Below, in pieces: positions 35,325-45,687 of a stretch of 64,000 nt of DNA (within the stretch, counting starts at the first letter, position 1; each line of letters begins with the position of its first letter). The notes under the pieces are model-generated. The model saw only the letters and a program-made list of their open reading frames with translations. It had not been told where the DNA came from and did no database searches. The position numbers were made by a program, and so were the translations under genes. The DNA comes from an uncultured virus (IMG/VR IMGVR_UViG_3300011912_000001) (taxonomy: Duplodnaviria > Heunggongvirae > Uroviricota > Caudoviricetes), in the IMG/VR virus record IMGVR_UViG_3300011912_000001; one strand, written 5' to 3'.

Positions 35325-35762
35325 ATGGCAGGTATGGGTGGAGCATTTAAAGCGGCTCACGGTGGACTCAAAAGTGTCGGGTATCTTGGAGCGGGGATGA
35401 CGGCTCTTGATTTCAAGTCGAATATGGACCAAGGGCAAGGGGTCGGTGAAGCGGCTCTGAAATCATTGACGACCTATGCGGCGTGGTCAGCGGCGGCCCC
35501 AATCATGTGGGCACATACAGCGGCAACGACAGGTGTAGATGCCATTGAGGGCGCTTATAAATGGCGTAAAGAACGTTCAGAGCAAATGCGTCAACAATTG
35601 ACACCTGACCGAAGTGTTGGTGGAAACTATATGGATACTTCCCGGGCTCAGACGATGCGTCAAGCGGCAGTTCAAGCGATTCAAGGGTCTAAACTGAATG
35701 CACGGTCTTCTTTAGGCGGAGAAGCGCGATTGTTCCATAATAATACGCCACGACAGTGGTAA
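35325..35762 (+). CDS. hypothetical virion-associated protein
   Basis: AQTMRQAAVQAIQGSKLNARSSLGGEA. Confidence 0.55.
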   Translation: MAGMGGAFKAAHGGLKSVGYLGAGMTALDFKSNMDQGQGVGEAALKSLTTYAAWSAAAPIMWAHTAATTGVDAIEGAYKWRKERSEQMRQQLTPDRSVGGNYMDTSRAQTMRQAAVQAIQGSKLNARSSLGGEARLFHNNTPRQW

Positions 35763-35775
35763 AAACAGCAATGTG

Positions 35776-35803
35776 TTGACAGACAGGAAATAAAAGGTTT
35801 AAT
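35776..35803 (+). promoter_or_regulatory. possible sigmaA-type promoter
   Basis: TTGACA-N16-TTTAAT upstream of terL. Confidence 0.4.
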
Positions 35804-35856
35804 TCAGGGCGGAAACAAGTTTTCCGCTCTTTTTCGCGTCGAAGAAGAGAAAGGTA

Positions 35857-38800
35857 GTGAAAATCGTGGGAAAACAACACGATAAGGAAGTTATCCAGAT
35901 TATGCGTGACCCAGTAAAATGGGCCGCTAAGCATTTAGGGGGTGACAAACCACGGTGGTATCAAGAGGAGATTTTACGCCATCCACACAACCGTAAAGTT
36001 TTACGATGTGGACGACGTATCGGTAAATGTATTGCCGGTGACCAGCGTATCCTCGACCCTATCACAGGGTCTTATACCGCCATCGAAGAATTATACCAAC
36101 AACAAAAAGAATCAAACAGTGTCAACTTACTGACTTTGAATGAAGCTTATCAATTAGAAAACTCGAACGCCTTCTTCATTGAAGATAATGGTGTCAAAGA
36201 AGTCTTCCGTGTGAAGACAAAACATGGAGCAGAAGTATTGCTCACAGGGAACCATCCTGTCTTGACGATTGATGGATGGGTCGAAGTCGACCTCCTTGAA
36301 GTCGGAGATTCGATTGCGGTTCCGCGCAAGCTTGACCACAAAGGAACGATTACAGAGAACGATTACGTTAAAGGGATTAAAGCTCCAGAACGTGCGGCAA
36401 TGCTTGGGTATTTAGTAGCCGGTGGACGAGTCTTTAAAGATTCTCTCTGTTTAGAATCTCGTTTTGAAAGCGTACAAGAACGGATGCAGAAAGTATTCGA
36501 GAATCATGACGGTGTCTTCGCTAAAATCGAGAAACGCAAGCAAAGTTATGAACTGTGGATTCCACATCACTTGAATGAGTTCAAATTCATTGCAGAAGAA
36601 GCTCGATTGGGGATTTTACCAGAAGAAGTCTATCAATACGATAAAACGGTGCTCGAATGCTTCATTGCCGCTTTATATGATGTCGGAGGCTGGGATTATG
36701 CGAAACGTATCGTTGAAATTGGATATGGGACCCCGCACCATGAATTCGCCCGAAATCTCAAGCACTTACTGCTTCGTTTAGGGATTAAGTCGAATATCTT
36801 GAAAAAACACGTCAATGACACGGAATACTTCCATGTTATGACCTATTACCGGGAGCATGTCATTCGATTCATTGATTGTGTGCGCCAAGGCAATAAAACA
36901 GCACGAGATTACAGTAATACATACCGTCGAGCACTGGAAATGCAGTCGATGGATGAAACGTTACCAAAAGACGTTTGGAAACATATTGAAAAAGAACGAC
37001 GCGAAAAGAAAATGACGAAGACGCAAGTCTCTGGTTCGAAGACAGAACGTCTCCGTATGAACCATGGATTGAGTAAAGGGAAAGCACGTGTCTATGCAGA
37101 CAACATGCAATCAGCTTTCTTGTATGACCTTGTATACAGTGATGTCTTATGGGAAGAAGTCGTTGCCATCGAATCAGTGGGTATGCGCCCAACGTATGAT
37201 GTCTTCGTACCCGAAACACATAACTTAGTCGTAGAAGATATTCTGGTCCACAATACATGGACGATGACAGCACACATGTTATGGGTAGCCTATACCTGTA
37301 ATGGTGGAACAGAGATTGCGAAGGGTGCAACGTGTTTGGTTGCGACACCTTACGATTCTCAGGCACGAGAAATCTTTGACCAGTTGACGAACTTCATTGA
37401 TAACAATGATGCCTTGAAAGCATCAGTACAAGCGGTTCGACGGTCACCTTATGAAATCGTCTTTCATAATAAATCACGTATCAAGCTCTTTACTGCCGGG
37501 ACACGTTCCGGGGCAGAAGGGGGAAGCTTACGTGGTCAAAAAGCCAGTTGGCTCTACATGGATAAACTTTTGTCCCTTATGTTGGTGACAGCATAAGCAA
37601 ATCGGGTGGAATCAGGGAAACCTACACAATGGAGGAATTTACATGCATCAATCAGACAAAGTATATCGGCAAAATCTTCAACACTTATCAGAAACCGTCG
37701 GTCAATCCATCGTCGACATGGTGCGTAATGCTCCATTACATGGCAATCCTGAGGAATGTCCTGTAGCGGTTACAGGATGGTCCGCAACGACTATCTCGAA
37801 AGAGAGTAGAGAGCAAGCGCTCTCGAAGTACCCGACAACTCTTGTGATGATGGAAATGAAAATGCGCGAATCGTTTGGGAACTATAAACGAGGCGGTCAG
37901 TATTATTTCATCGGAGAAGGTAGAGTATTCGACGATATTACGTTTTACCAATGGAAAGCACATGAATTGATTCCAGTGGTCTTGAATGTAACGCAAGAAA
38001 GCGTCGATAGTTTAAAACTCTACACGGATTTGCAGTATGTACCGAAAGAAGATTTCATCGTCTACCGAACGATGGAAATGATGCGTACCGCTTATCAAGA
38101 GTTGATGATATAGTCTCATCCCCGTGCGAAAGCCGGGAGTAAGGGTCGCGCCTTACGTAAGGAATTGGAAGTAGACTATCTAGGCGATAAAGACTTTGAA
38201 GCCATCTTCGCTATTTCGATGGAGGCTCCTAAACGTATCGGTATCATGATGGCCTCAACGCCAACCGGACGACGCGGGAAATTCTATCAAGCGTGCGTGG
38301 AAATGCGCTTCAACCAAGACGATAACGTAAGACCTGTCAAAACACGGGACGGACATCACTACGATGCCCGAAAATATGACCGCATGACAGCCAGTGGCTG
38401 GAAAGAATTCCACTTCCCAACCATGGTCAACCCAGAGTGGTCACCAGAGCTTGAACAAGAGATGCGGACGATGTATACACACGCCGCTTATGAGCACGAG
38501 GTTCTAGCAGAATTTGGTACAGAGGATGCCGGGGTATTTAACAAAGACTTCGTTGACGAAGCTAGTTCGAATGGTTATGGTTACCTTAGCCAGCGGACGA
38601 ATGACGCACCGATTGCAATTGGTGTTGACTGGGATAAAGCAGGGGCGGCAACCCAAATCATCGTGACGCAATGGGACCGATTCGATGAACGACGAATGAC
38701 AGATGCTGACATTGATAGTGAGTTAGCACCATATGGTCGATTCAAAATCATCAATCGCTTCGAAATTGCACGTGGTGAGTATACATATGATAATGCCGTC

Positions 38801-39448
38801 AAAAAACTGCAACAATTGGACAAGATTTACAATCCTTTTGCAATATACGTCGATAAAGGTGCCGGAGACTACCAATCAGAGGTATTACGTAAAACGATTG
38901 GAGATAAGGTACGGGCGGTTGCATTCGGAAGCACAGAGCTTGTACGAGACCCTATCAGCCGAACCCTTGATAAGAAACCACTGAAGGCATTCATGGTTAA
39001 CATGACGACATTATTCCTTGACCGGGGTCAATTACGGATTCCGTCAAAAGACGTCGATGATACCGTCAACCGTCAGATGACAAAATATCAAGTCAAACGG
39101 ATTGCGCCGAAAACTGGCGAACCTACTTACTCAAATGAAGATGAACATGCACTCGATGCATTCATGCTGACACTCTATGCTTTTAATACTGTTTATCCTG
39201 ATTTAGCGAAAGCACTTGAGGTTAAAGATGTGGCAAGACAATTTTCAACTGTGAAACGAGAATTTGTGGACCCGTTAAAAGAAGTCTTTGCGAACAATAC
39301 GTTCTCAGAGAAGAAGGCAGAAGGATGGGACGAGCCGGGGGCTCCGCCGCCGAAGCGGACGACGCTTGGACGGAAGAAGAACCGTGATTCATTGGATTGG
39401 GGAAGTAGAGGGCAACGTTCTTCCTTTAGAGGAAGAGACCATTTTTAA
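35857..39448 (+). CDS. terL: terminase large subunit; join(35857..37563,38168..39448), with intein
   Basis: Walker A GRRIGK|T, Walker B LYMD|EVD after splicing, ASTPTG, nuclease GVDW ... HALDA. Confidence 0.93.
36028..37254 (+). mobile_element. intein (409 aa) with LAGLIDADG-type endonuclease region
   Basis: CIAGD start, TGNHP block B, ILVHN|T end, MLGYLVAGG / FIAALYDVGG. Confidence 0.92.
37564..38167 (+). mobile_element. group I intron in terL (604 nt)
   Basis: P1 GGAU/GUCC with U-G wobble, GGCAATCCTGAG, CAACGACTA, GATATAGTC, terminal G; splicing restores D-E of Walker B. Confidence 0.9.
37643..38113 (+). CDS. intron ORF, possibly a degenerate homing endonuclease
   Basis: GGAGG RBS; overlaps the ribozyme core; YQWKAHEL faintly LAGLIDADG_2-like. 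Confidence 0.5.
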   Translation: MHQSDKVYRQNLQHLSETVGQSIVDMVRNAPLHGNPEECPVAVTGWSATTISKESREQALSKYPTTLVMMEMKMRESFGNYKRGGQYYFIGEGRVFDDITFYQWKAHELIPVVLNVTQESVDSLKLYTDLQYVPKEDFIVYRTMEMMRTAYQELMI

Positions 39449-39503
39449 TGGATGTTAAGGGGCAACCCTTTCATCATATACACCTCCCTCTCCCTTTTTT
39501 GAT

Positions 39504-39545
39504 GTAGCCCCAAGGCCCCCTCCCCTGCCTAGGGGCTACTTTTTT
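39504..39545 (+). terminator. intrinsic terminator
   Basis: GTAGCCCC...GGGGCTAC followed by a T run. Confidence 0.7.
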
Positions 39546-39567
39546 ATGAAAAAGAGGAGGAAACATT

Positions 39568-39873
39568 ATGGAGAAACGTGTAACACGACATGGGGAAAAA
39601 CGTTTAAAAGAACGTATGGGGATTCCAAAGAAATCATGCGAACGCCAATATCAGATGGCGATGGAGCGAGGACTCCCACACGGAAAGATGACGGGTTCTT
39701 TATACAAATGGGTGACGGCACAAGCCTTCAAACAACCAGTAAAAGGACACTACTACATCTACAGCAATAACTTATTCATTGTAAAACAAGAAGCTCTTGT
39801 TACAGTGATTCCGCTACCTGCTAACCTATTAAAAGCGGCGGCAACACAAATCAAGCGCCATTTAGGTCAATAA
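39568..39873 (+). CDS. hypothetical (TRHGEKRLKERMG; RelE-like fold possible)
   Basis: GAGGAGG RBS. Confidence 0.65.
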   Translation: MEKRVTRHGEKRLKERMGIPKKSCERQYQMAMERGLPHGKMTGSLYKWVTAQAFKQPVKGHYYIYSNNLFIVKQEALVTVIPLPANLLKAAATQIKRHLGQ

Positions 39874-39885
39874 GGAGCGTATTCC

Positions 39886-41208
39886 ATGAACGAAGAAGAA
39901 TTTGACAGTGCAACCGGGTATTCCGGGATTGACACGTTAGCAGAACGACAAAAAATCAATTATCGTCCGCTGGAAGTAGAAGAAGAACGTGAACGACGCG
40001 CCTTGATTGATGATTACTTGGATGAAGTAGTCGTCGATGGCAGTGACCCGGTCACAGACACAATGCTTCCAACAGACCTAGCAGAAAACATGGTAGAACT
40101 CGACAACTTGATTCAGACAGTGAAAGAACGTATTGAAGATGCTATCGCTGATATTAAGATTCCGGTGACGAACGATGCGTCCGCTTCACTAGCTCTAGAA
40201 GAACTTGGTATCGACCAAGATTACTTAGATGCTTCTTTATATAAGAAGTTACTTGATGAACCGAAGACTCCTGCTTCAGAGTACTTGATTCAAGTATGGG
40301 AAGACCATGCTGAAGATATCGAAGGTACATTGGCAATGGAATACTACGAAGATATCTTAGAAATCGAAAAAGATTTCAAGACGTATCAGACATTCACCGA
40401 TGAAACAATCTTTAATCTATTAGGGACATCCTTTCAAAACAATGAGGATTTCCTAAAAGAGTTAAAAACAAAAGAAAAAGAATATGGCGAAAGCATGACA
40501 AACGTGCAAAAAGAGAAAACGAAATTGGAAGTACAAGAACGGGCGGCGTTCATCGCCCATGATTTAGCGAAAGTCGTGACTCTAAAAGACGAAAGCCGTC
40601 TCCTTCGTCGAAAAAGTACGAAATATGAAAATGAACGTATTTTGATAAACGAAAGCTTGGATATTTCCAATGATAAGTTAAAAACGTTCTATCAGACGGT
40701 TCGAATGGTCGACCGCAATCTCGACCGTGAAATCTACGAGACCGGTTCTTCTTATTTCTCTCAATTGTTCCCATATTACGAATCAGAAGTCGAACTCAAA
40801 CAAGGGTTGTCAAAAGCAAAAGGATTGTTGAAGCTTTCTGTCGATAAAGAGAATGAGACGAAACAAGAATTAAAAGATATCAATCGTAACCACTTGAGTT
40901 TAGAAAAACGAGTTCGTATGCAGAACACGGTGCTTGACCATGTGGATATCACAAATGAATGGTCAGCCGACTGGAAAGATATGTTGTTAGAGCAGACGAC
41001 ATCAACAGAAGAGCAAGATAAGTTCTTCAATGCGATTGCTGTTGGGATGCATCATAGCTATGAACAACGAGATAAACATATGGAAGATTTCTATCGCATG
41101 AGTATGCAAGATGCACAAGTGCGTGAACAAAAAGTCAGACAAGTATTCCAGAAAGAAATTGCCCGCACGACATACAAAGATATATCGAATTTTATCGAAC
41201 AAATCTAA
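39886..41208 (+). CDS. acidic coiled-coil protein
   Basis: 440-aa ORF with RBS. Confidence 0.7.
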   Translation: MNEEEFDSATGYSGIDTLAERQKINYRPLEVEEERERRALIDDYLDEVVVDGSDPVTDTMLPTDLAENMVELDNLIQTVKERIEDAIADIKIPVTNDASASLALEELGIDQDYLDASLYKKLLDEPKTPASEYLIQVWEDHAEDIEGTLAMEYYEDILEIEKDFKTYQTFTDETIFNLLGTSFQNNEDFLKELKTKEKEYGESMTNVQKEKTKLEVQERAAFIAHDLAKVVTLKDESRLLRRKSTKYENERILINESLDISNDKLKTFYQTVRMVDRNLDREIYETGSSYFSQLFPYYESEVELKQGLSKAKGLLKLSVDKENETKQELKDINRNHLSLEKRVRMQNTVLDHVDITNEWSADWKDMLLEQTTSTEEQDKFFNAIAVGMHHSYEQRDKHMEDFYRMSMQDAQVREQKVRQVFQKEIARTTYKDISNFIEQI

Positions 41209-41233
41209 CACGAATAAAAGGAGCTTATTTCTC

Positions 41234-42124
41234 ATGAAAAAAGATAAATTGGAACGGTTAGTTCAAAAAATGAAAGAAACCGTCAATGCTACAGAAACAT
41301 CTACCAAATCACTCGAACATTTCTACAAAGTCCGTAACGATGTTCCGTTAAAAGGAAAACCGATTCATACATACCAGTTCAACGACCCGATTCACCGGGA
41401 GCAAGGTCTTATCATCGTCCCTATCACTGACGTCCACTTAGGTCATAAAGAAGCCAACATTGAATTGTTCAAAGGATACATTCGCTACATATTGGAAACA
41501 CCGAATGCGGTCACTGTCTTGAACGGTGATTTAGCTGAAACCGCAACGAAAGTATCCGTCGGGAAAGCAATGTTTGAAGAAGCATTCAACTTCCCTGAAC
41601 AAATGAAAATGTTAGAAGAGTTACTCAAACCTTTAGCAGAAGCCGGAAAGATTTTAGGTTGTGGTCCCGGGAACCATGAAGAACGGATTGCGAACATGAT
41701 TGGTATCAACCCAATGCGGATGCTCGCTGAGAAACTGGAAGTCCCGTATTTTGGATACCAAGGATTCTTCCGTGTCGGCGTCGCTGACCAAGTCTACAAA
41801 ATTGTAGCGTTCCATGGAGCAGGTGGCGGGTCGACAACAGGTTCGAAAGCGAACACAGCAGAGAAGATGAATAAGGTACTAGGAAATGCAGATTTATATA
41901 TCTCTGGTCATACACACGGTCGTCAATCTCATACAGACCTCATCTTCATGATGGACGATACAAGCGATGTATTGATTCCACATAAACGGACATACGTTGT
42001 CGGTGGAAGTTTCGTCGATTACTGGGATAGCTACCCAGAGATGAAAGGTCTGGCTCCTGCTTTAACTGGACTCGTTCGATGTGAGCTTCGTGCAGACTGC
42101 AAAGAAATTCGAGTAGACATTTAA
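41234..42124 (+). CDS. calcineurin-like metallophosphoesterase
   Basis: TDVHLG, NGD, GNHE, FHG, GHTH. Confidence 0.85.
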   Translation: MKKDKLERLVQKMKETVNATETSTKSLEHFYKVRNDVPLKGKPIHTYQFNDPIHREQGLIIVPITDVHLGHKEANIELFKGYIRYILETPNAVTVLNGDLAETATKVSVGKAMFEEAFNFPEQMKMLEELLKPLAEAGKILGCGPGNHEERIANMIGINPMRMLAEKLEVPYFGYQGFFRVGVADQVYKIVAFHGAGGGSTTGSKANTAEKMNKVLGNADLYISGHTHGRQSHTDLIFMMDDTSDVLIPHKRTYVVGGSFVDYWDSYPEMKGLAPALTGLVRCELRADCKEIRVDI

Positions 42125-42142
42125 GATAGGAGTAATCACAAC

Positions 42143-44254
42143 ATGAACCCTCTAAAGTTGTTACAGATTCAAGCGAATCGCAATAAACAGAATAAAGCCA
42201 TGCTTCCTGCACCAATCGTTGTGCAAGAGGCAGGGGCTTTGCGTGACCCTAAGAAAACAACGATTAAATCCGTAGCCCAACCAATTACTTCTGGCTCAGG
42301 GACGGGTTTTGAAGAAAGTCCCGTTGACCTTGAACAAGTTAGTCGGGCATACCTTTCTGATTCCTACATTCGACGTGCGGTCGATAGACACGTTGCTGGA
42401 ATGTTTAAATCAGGCTGGGAATTGAAATCAAAGAACGATGCGGCATCGGAATATGTCTGGATGCGCCTGAAATTGATGGCAGAAGCCACAAAGATTCCAA
42501 CCGATGACCTATGGCGTCAAATGGGATATGACTATGTCTTATTCGGGAACGCATTCGTCATTAAAGCACGTGCTAAGAAAGCAGTACAGGTTCCGGGATT
42601 AAATGCCATTGGATATACGAACAAACAACCGATTGCCGGGTACTTCCCCGCTTCGGCGACGACGTTCCAAATCGAACGGGATGAGAACGGAAACGTGACC
42701 AAGTATCAACAATCTTCTGGTGGTGGGTCTGGTGTCGAATATGCAGAGACAGAAGTCGTTCACCTTCCATATAAACGTCCTACTGGGCGAGCATACGGTG
42801 TCCCGATGATTCATAACGTCTTACAAGACGTATTGTTACTTCGTCAGATTGAAGATAATGTGTACCGTCTAATCTATAAGCATTTGTTCCCAAAACAAGT
42901 ATTGACTGTTGGTTTACCAGAAGCAGGATTTGAAGCAACAGCCGAAGAGATTGAAGAAGTACGCGATGAAATCCGATTGATGTCAGCAGATGCAGTTCTT
43001 GTTTTCCCTGAACGCTACAAACTAGAATCGATTGGTGGCGATTCCACAGCTCTTGATGTCTCCAACTATTTGAAGTATTTCCGTCAACGGATTTTCACAG
43101 GACTCAATGTCAGTGACTCTGTCATGGGGATTGGAGATACAGCAAATAAATCAACATCAGATAATATGTCATCGGACTTGAATGACAGCGTCAAAGACTT
43201 CCAAGAGAACTTTGCGATTCATGTCCAACAAAAAATCATCAATGAACTACTGTTTGAAGGTGGATTCGACCCGACACTCAATCCTGATGATGAAGTCATC
43301 TTCAGTTTCACAGAAATCGAACAATCAGCGAAGATTGCACGAGAAAACCATGCGATTCAGTTGTTCACACAGAATGCCATCACATTCGAAGAAATGCGTA
43401 TGGAAATGAACCGGGATGTGACCGTCGACGAAGGACGTCTCTTCTTCCAAATGATTACGGCATCTCAAGCGCAACAAGCGGCAGATTTGGCAACACAAGC
43501 GGCAATGAACCAAACGAGTAACCAGAACCAACCAGAGAATCAGAACGGAAAACAAGAGGCGCCAAATACAAAAAAACGGGAAAATAGTGGGAAAAAAGCA
43601 GGAATACAGGAATCTGAAGAAAAAGATGGCGAAAGTATATTGACGAACCCAGACGAACTGGTTAGTTTTACTTCAGAGCTAGGCATTGACCAATTAGAAA
43701 AGACGTTGACGAAACACTGGTCAGCTTTTAAACAAGACATGGAACAAGAAGCCATTACATCAAAGCAGATTGAATTAGCAAGTCGTTTGCTGACACAGAG
43801 CTTGATGAAGACTTGTGAAGACTACAGTGTTCAAGCGTTAAAAGCAGGATGGGGAAAAAGCCAAAAGCAGGAAGTACATACGAGCCAAGTAGCAGAAGGC
43901 ACGGCTTACATATTGAAAGAAATGAATGCTTCAGTCACTCGTTTGTTCAAGAGCTTGGAATCTCGACTTCAGTCGTCGGAAACTAAGGAGAGTCGAGAAC
44001 GCATATTCCTGTCCCATCAGTATCGTCTTCGGTTAATCAGTAAAATGGAGCTTTATCGCGCCTATAACATTGGTCTTTGCTTGGCCGCACGGGAATCTGG
44101 ACTCCAAAACGTAGGTATTGTCACAAACGAAACAGCTTGCGAAGAATGCAAGAACAAAACATCAGTCGATGTGACTGCCTCTGATTGGATTCAAACAGTT
44201 CCCCCACATCATCCGGGTTGTACCTGTACGATGGATTTAGGAGGTTTGGAATGA
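42143..44254 (+). CDS. portal protein fused to a MuF/SPP1-gp7-like C-terminal domain
   Basis: DYVLFGNAF, EVVHL...YGVP portal motifs; C-terminal CEEC...PPHHPGCTC. Confidence 0.8.
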   Translation: MNPLKLLQIQANRNKQNKAMLPAPIVVQEAGALRDPKKTTIKSVAQPITSGSGTGFEESPVDLEQVSRAYLSDSYIRRAVDRHVAGMFKSGWELKSKNDAASEYVWMRLKLMAEATKIPTDDLWRQMGYDYVLFGNAFVIKARAKKAVQVPGLNAIGYTNKQPIAGYFPASATTFQIERDENGNVTKYQQSSGGGSGVEYAETEVVHLPYKRPTGRAYGVPMIHNVLQDVLLLRQIEDNVYRLIYKHLFPKQVLTVGLPEAGFEATAEEIEEVRDEIRLMSADAVLVFPERYKLESIGGDSTALDVSNYLKYFRQRIFTGLNVSDSVMGIGDTANKSTSDNMSSDLNDSVKDFQENFAIHVQQKIINELLFEGGFDPTLNPDDEVIFSFTEIEQSAKIARENHAIQLFTQNAITFEEMRMEMNRDVTVDEGRLFFQMITASQAQQAADLATQAAMNQTSNQNQPENQNGKQEAPNTKKRENSGKKAGIQESEEKDGESILTNPDELVSFTSELGIDQLEKTLTKHWSAFKQDMEQEAITSKQIELASRLLTQSLMKTCEDYSVQALKAGWGKSQKQEVHTSQVAEGTAYILKEMNASVTRLFKSLESRLQSSETKESRERIFLSHQYRLRLISKMELYRAYNIGLCLAARESGLQNVGIVTNETACEECKNKTSVDVTASDWIQTVPPHHPGCTCTMDLGGLE

Positions 44255-45669
44255 ATCATTTAAAGTATGGCAAGCTCCAAATCGACCCAAAAGAATTACA
44301 TGAATCAACGAAAGTCAAAATGACTTTTGAAAAACCTAGTGTTCGTATGCAGGAGTCGCTCAATGAAGAGCGATTCTTGCTTCCACGGATTGAAGCGATT
44401 CATGAGGGAGCAACACGGAATAACACCGTCTACCAACGTGAGAAATTACGTGGGTCAGTAGAAAACAAGTCTGGTGTCTATTCATGGTTGCACCCGTATC
44501 CAAAACCAGTCATCTACAATCATGACGTCAATACCAATGCAACAGGTCGTATCTATACGGCGGCGTTTGCAGAGTACACACAAGCTGGTCGTCCCGGCAT
44601 CATCGCTGTTCCTAAAATCACAGACCCACAAGCCATCGATGGCATTCTAGGGGAACGATTATTGACAGTATCGATTGGAGCGACGACAGATGAAGTGACA
44701 TGTTCCATTTGTGGAACCCGCATCATCTCAGAAGGTTTCTGTGGACACATGAAAGGTGAAGTCTATGACGGTCGAATGGCGGAATGGATTACAGAAAACC
44801 TTTGGTTCGATGAATTATCATGGGTAAACGTTCCAGCTGATAGCGATGCCATGATTGTAGACTCTCAATCGAGTGTCTTACTGGCGGCGTCGAATGAAAG
44901 CAAGAACGGTATCATCACATTAGGACGTGAAAGCGTCTCAAAACAACAACTGGTGGGCATCACGAAAGAATCGAAAGATGACATCATTATCATGGAAGGA
45001 GAACTTGCAATGACGGAAGCTGAAATCCAAGCATTACAAGAAGAGCTTGAAGCTCTTAAATCTGTCAAAGAAGAACTCGAAAAAGCGCAAGCAGACCTCG
45101 AAACTTCAAAAGAATTGGCAGAAACGCTAGAAAATGAAAAAACTGCGTTGACAGAGTCTCATGAAAAGGTTTTAACAGAGAAGGAAGAGTTAGTTAACTC
45201 TACTACTGCTCTTACAGAAGAACTGGAAAAAGTGCAAGCAACTTTGACTGAAAAAGAAGAAGCGTTGGTTGCTCTGACAGAGGAGAAAGAAACTCTCACA
45301 GCGGCTCTAACGGAAGCAAACGAAGCTTTAGCTCAGACAGAACAAGTTACAGCGGACCTTACTAAAGAAGTTCAAGAATCACATATCAATCATTTAGCAT
45401 CTCTTCGTATCGCCGCTGGCAAAGACACTACATATGAAGAAGCAGTACAAAAGCTCGCTACGCGGGAATTGAACTCTGTCAAAGACGGTATTGAAGATAT
45501 GAAAGAAGAATTGGTGAAACGCGAACAAATTTTAGAAGGTGCGAACACTCTTCGCCAACCAATTCAACAAGGGCAAGACAAAGTAAACACGCAAGAAAAT
45601 ACTAAAGAAAAAGAACTTTCGTTCGAAGATGCACTTAAAGGTCTCTTCTCAGCGAAACGTTCGAATTAA
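44251..45669 (+). CDS. prohead protease with coiled-coil scaffold
   Basis: TRN, YNHD, TVSIG, CSICG, ELSWVNVPAD; Glu-rich tail. Confidence 0.85.
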   Translation: MNHLKYGKLQIDPKELHESTKVKMTFEKPSVRMQESLNEERFLLPRIEAIHEGATRNNTVYQREKLRGSVENKSGVYSWLHPYPKPVIYNHDVNTNATGRIYTAAFAEYTQAGRPGIIAVPKITDPQAIDGILGERLLTVSIGATTDEVTCSICGTRIISEGFCGHMKGEVYDGRMAEWITENLWFDELSWVNVPADSDAMIVDSQSSVLLAASNESKNGIITLGRESVSKQQLVGITKESKDDIIIMEGELAMTEAEIQALQEELEALKSVKEELEKAQADLETSKELAETLENEKTALTESHEKVLTEKEELVNSTTALTEELEKVQATLTEKEEALVALTEEKETLTAALTEANEALAQTEQVTADLTKEVQESHINHLASLRIAAGKDTTYEEAVQKLATRELNSVKDGIEDMKEELVKREQILEGANTLRQPIQQGQDKVNTQENTKEKELSFEDALKGLFSAKRSN

Positions 45670-45687
45670 TCTGAGGAGGAAATCAGA

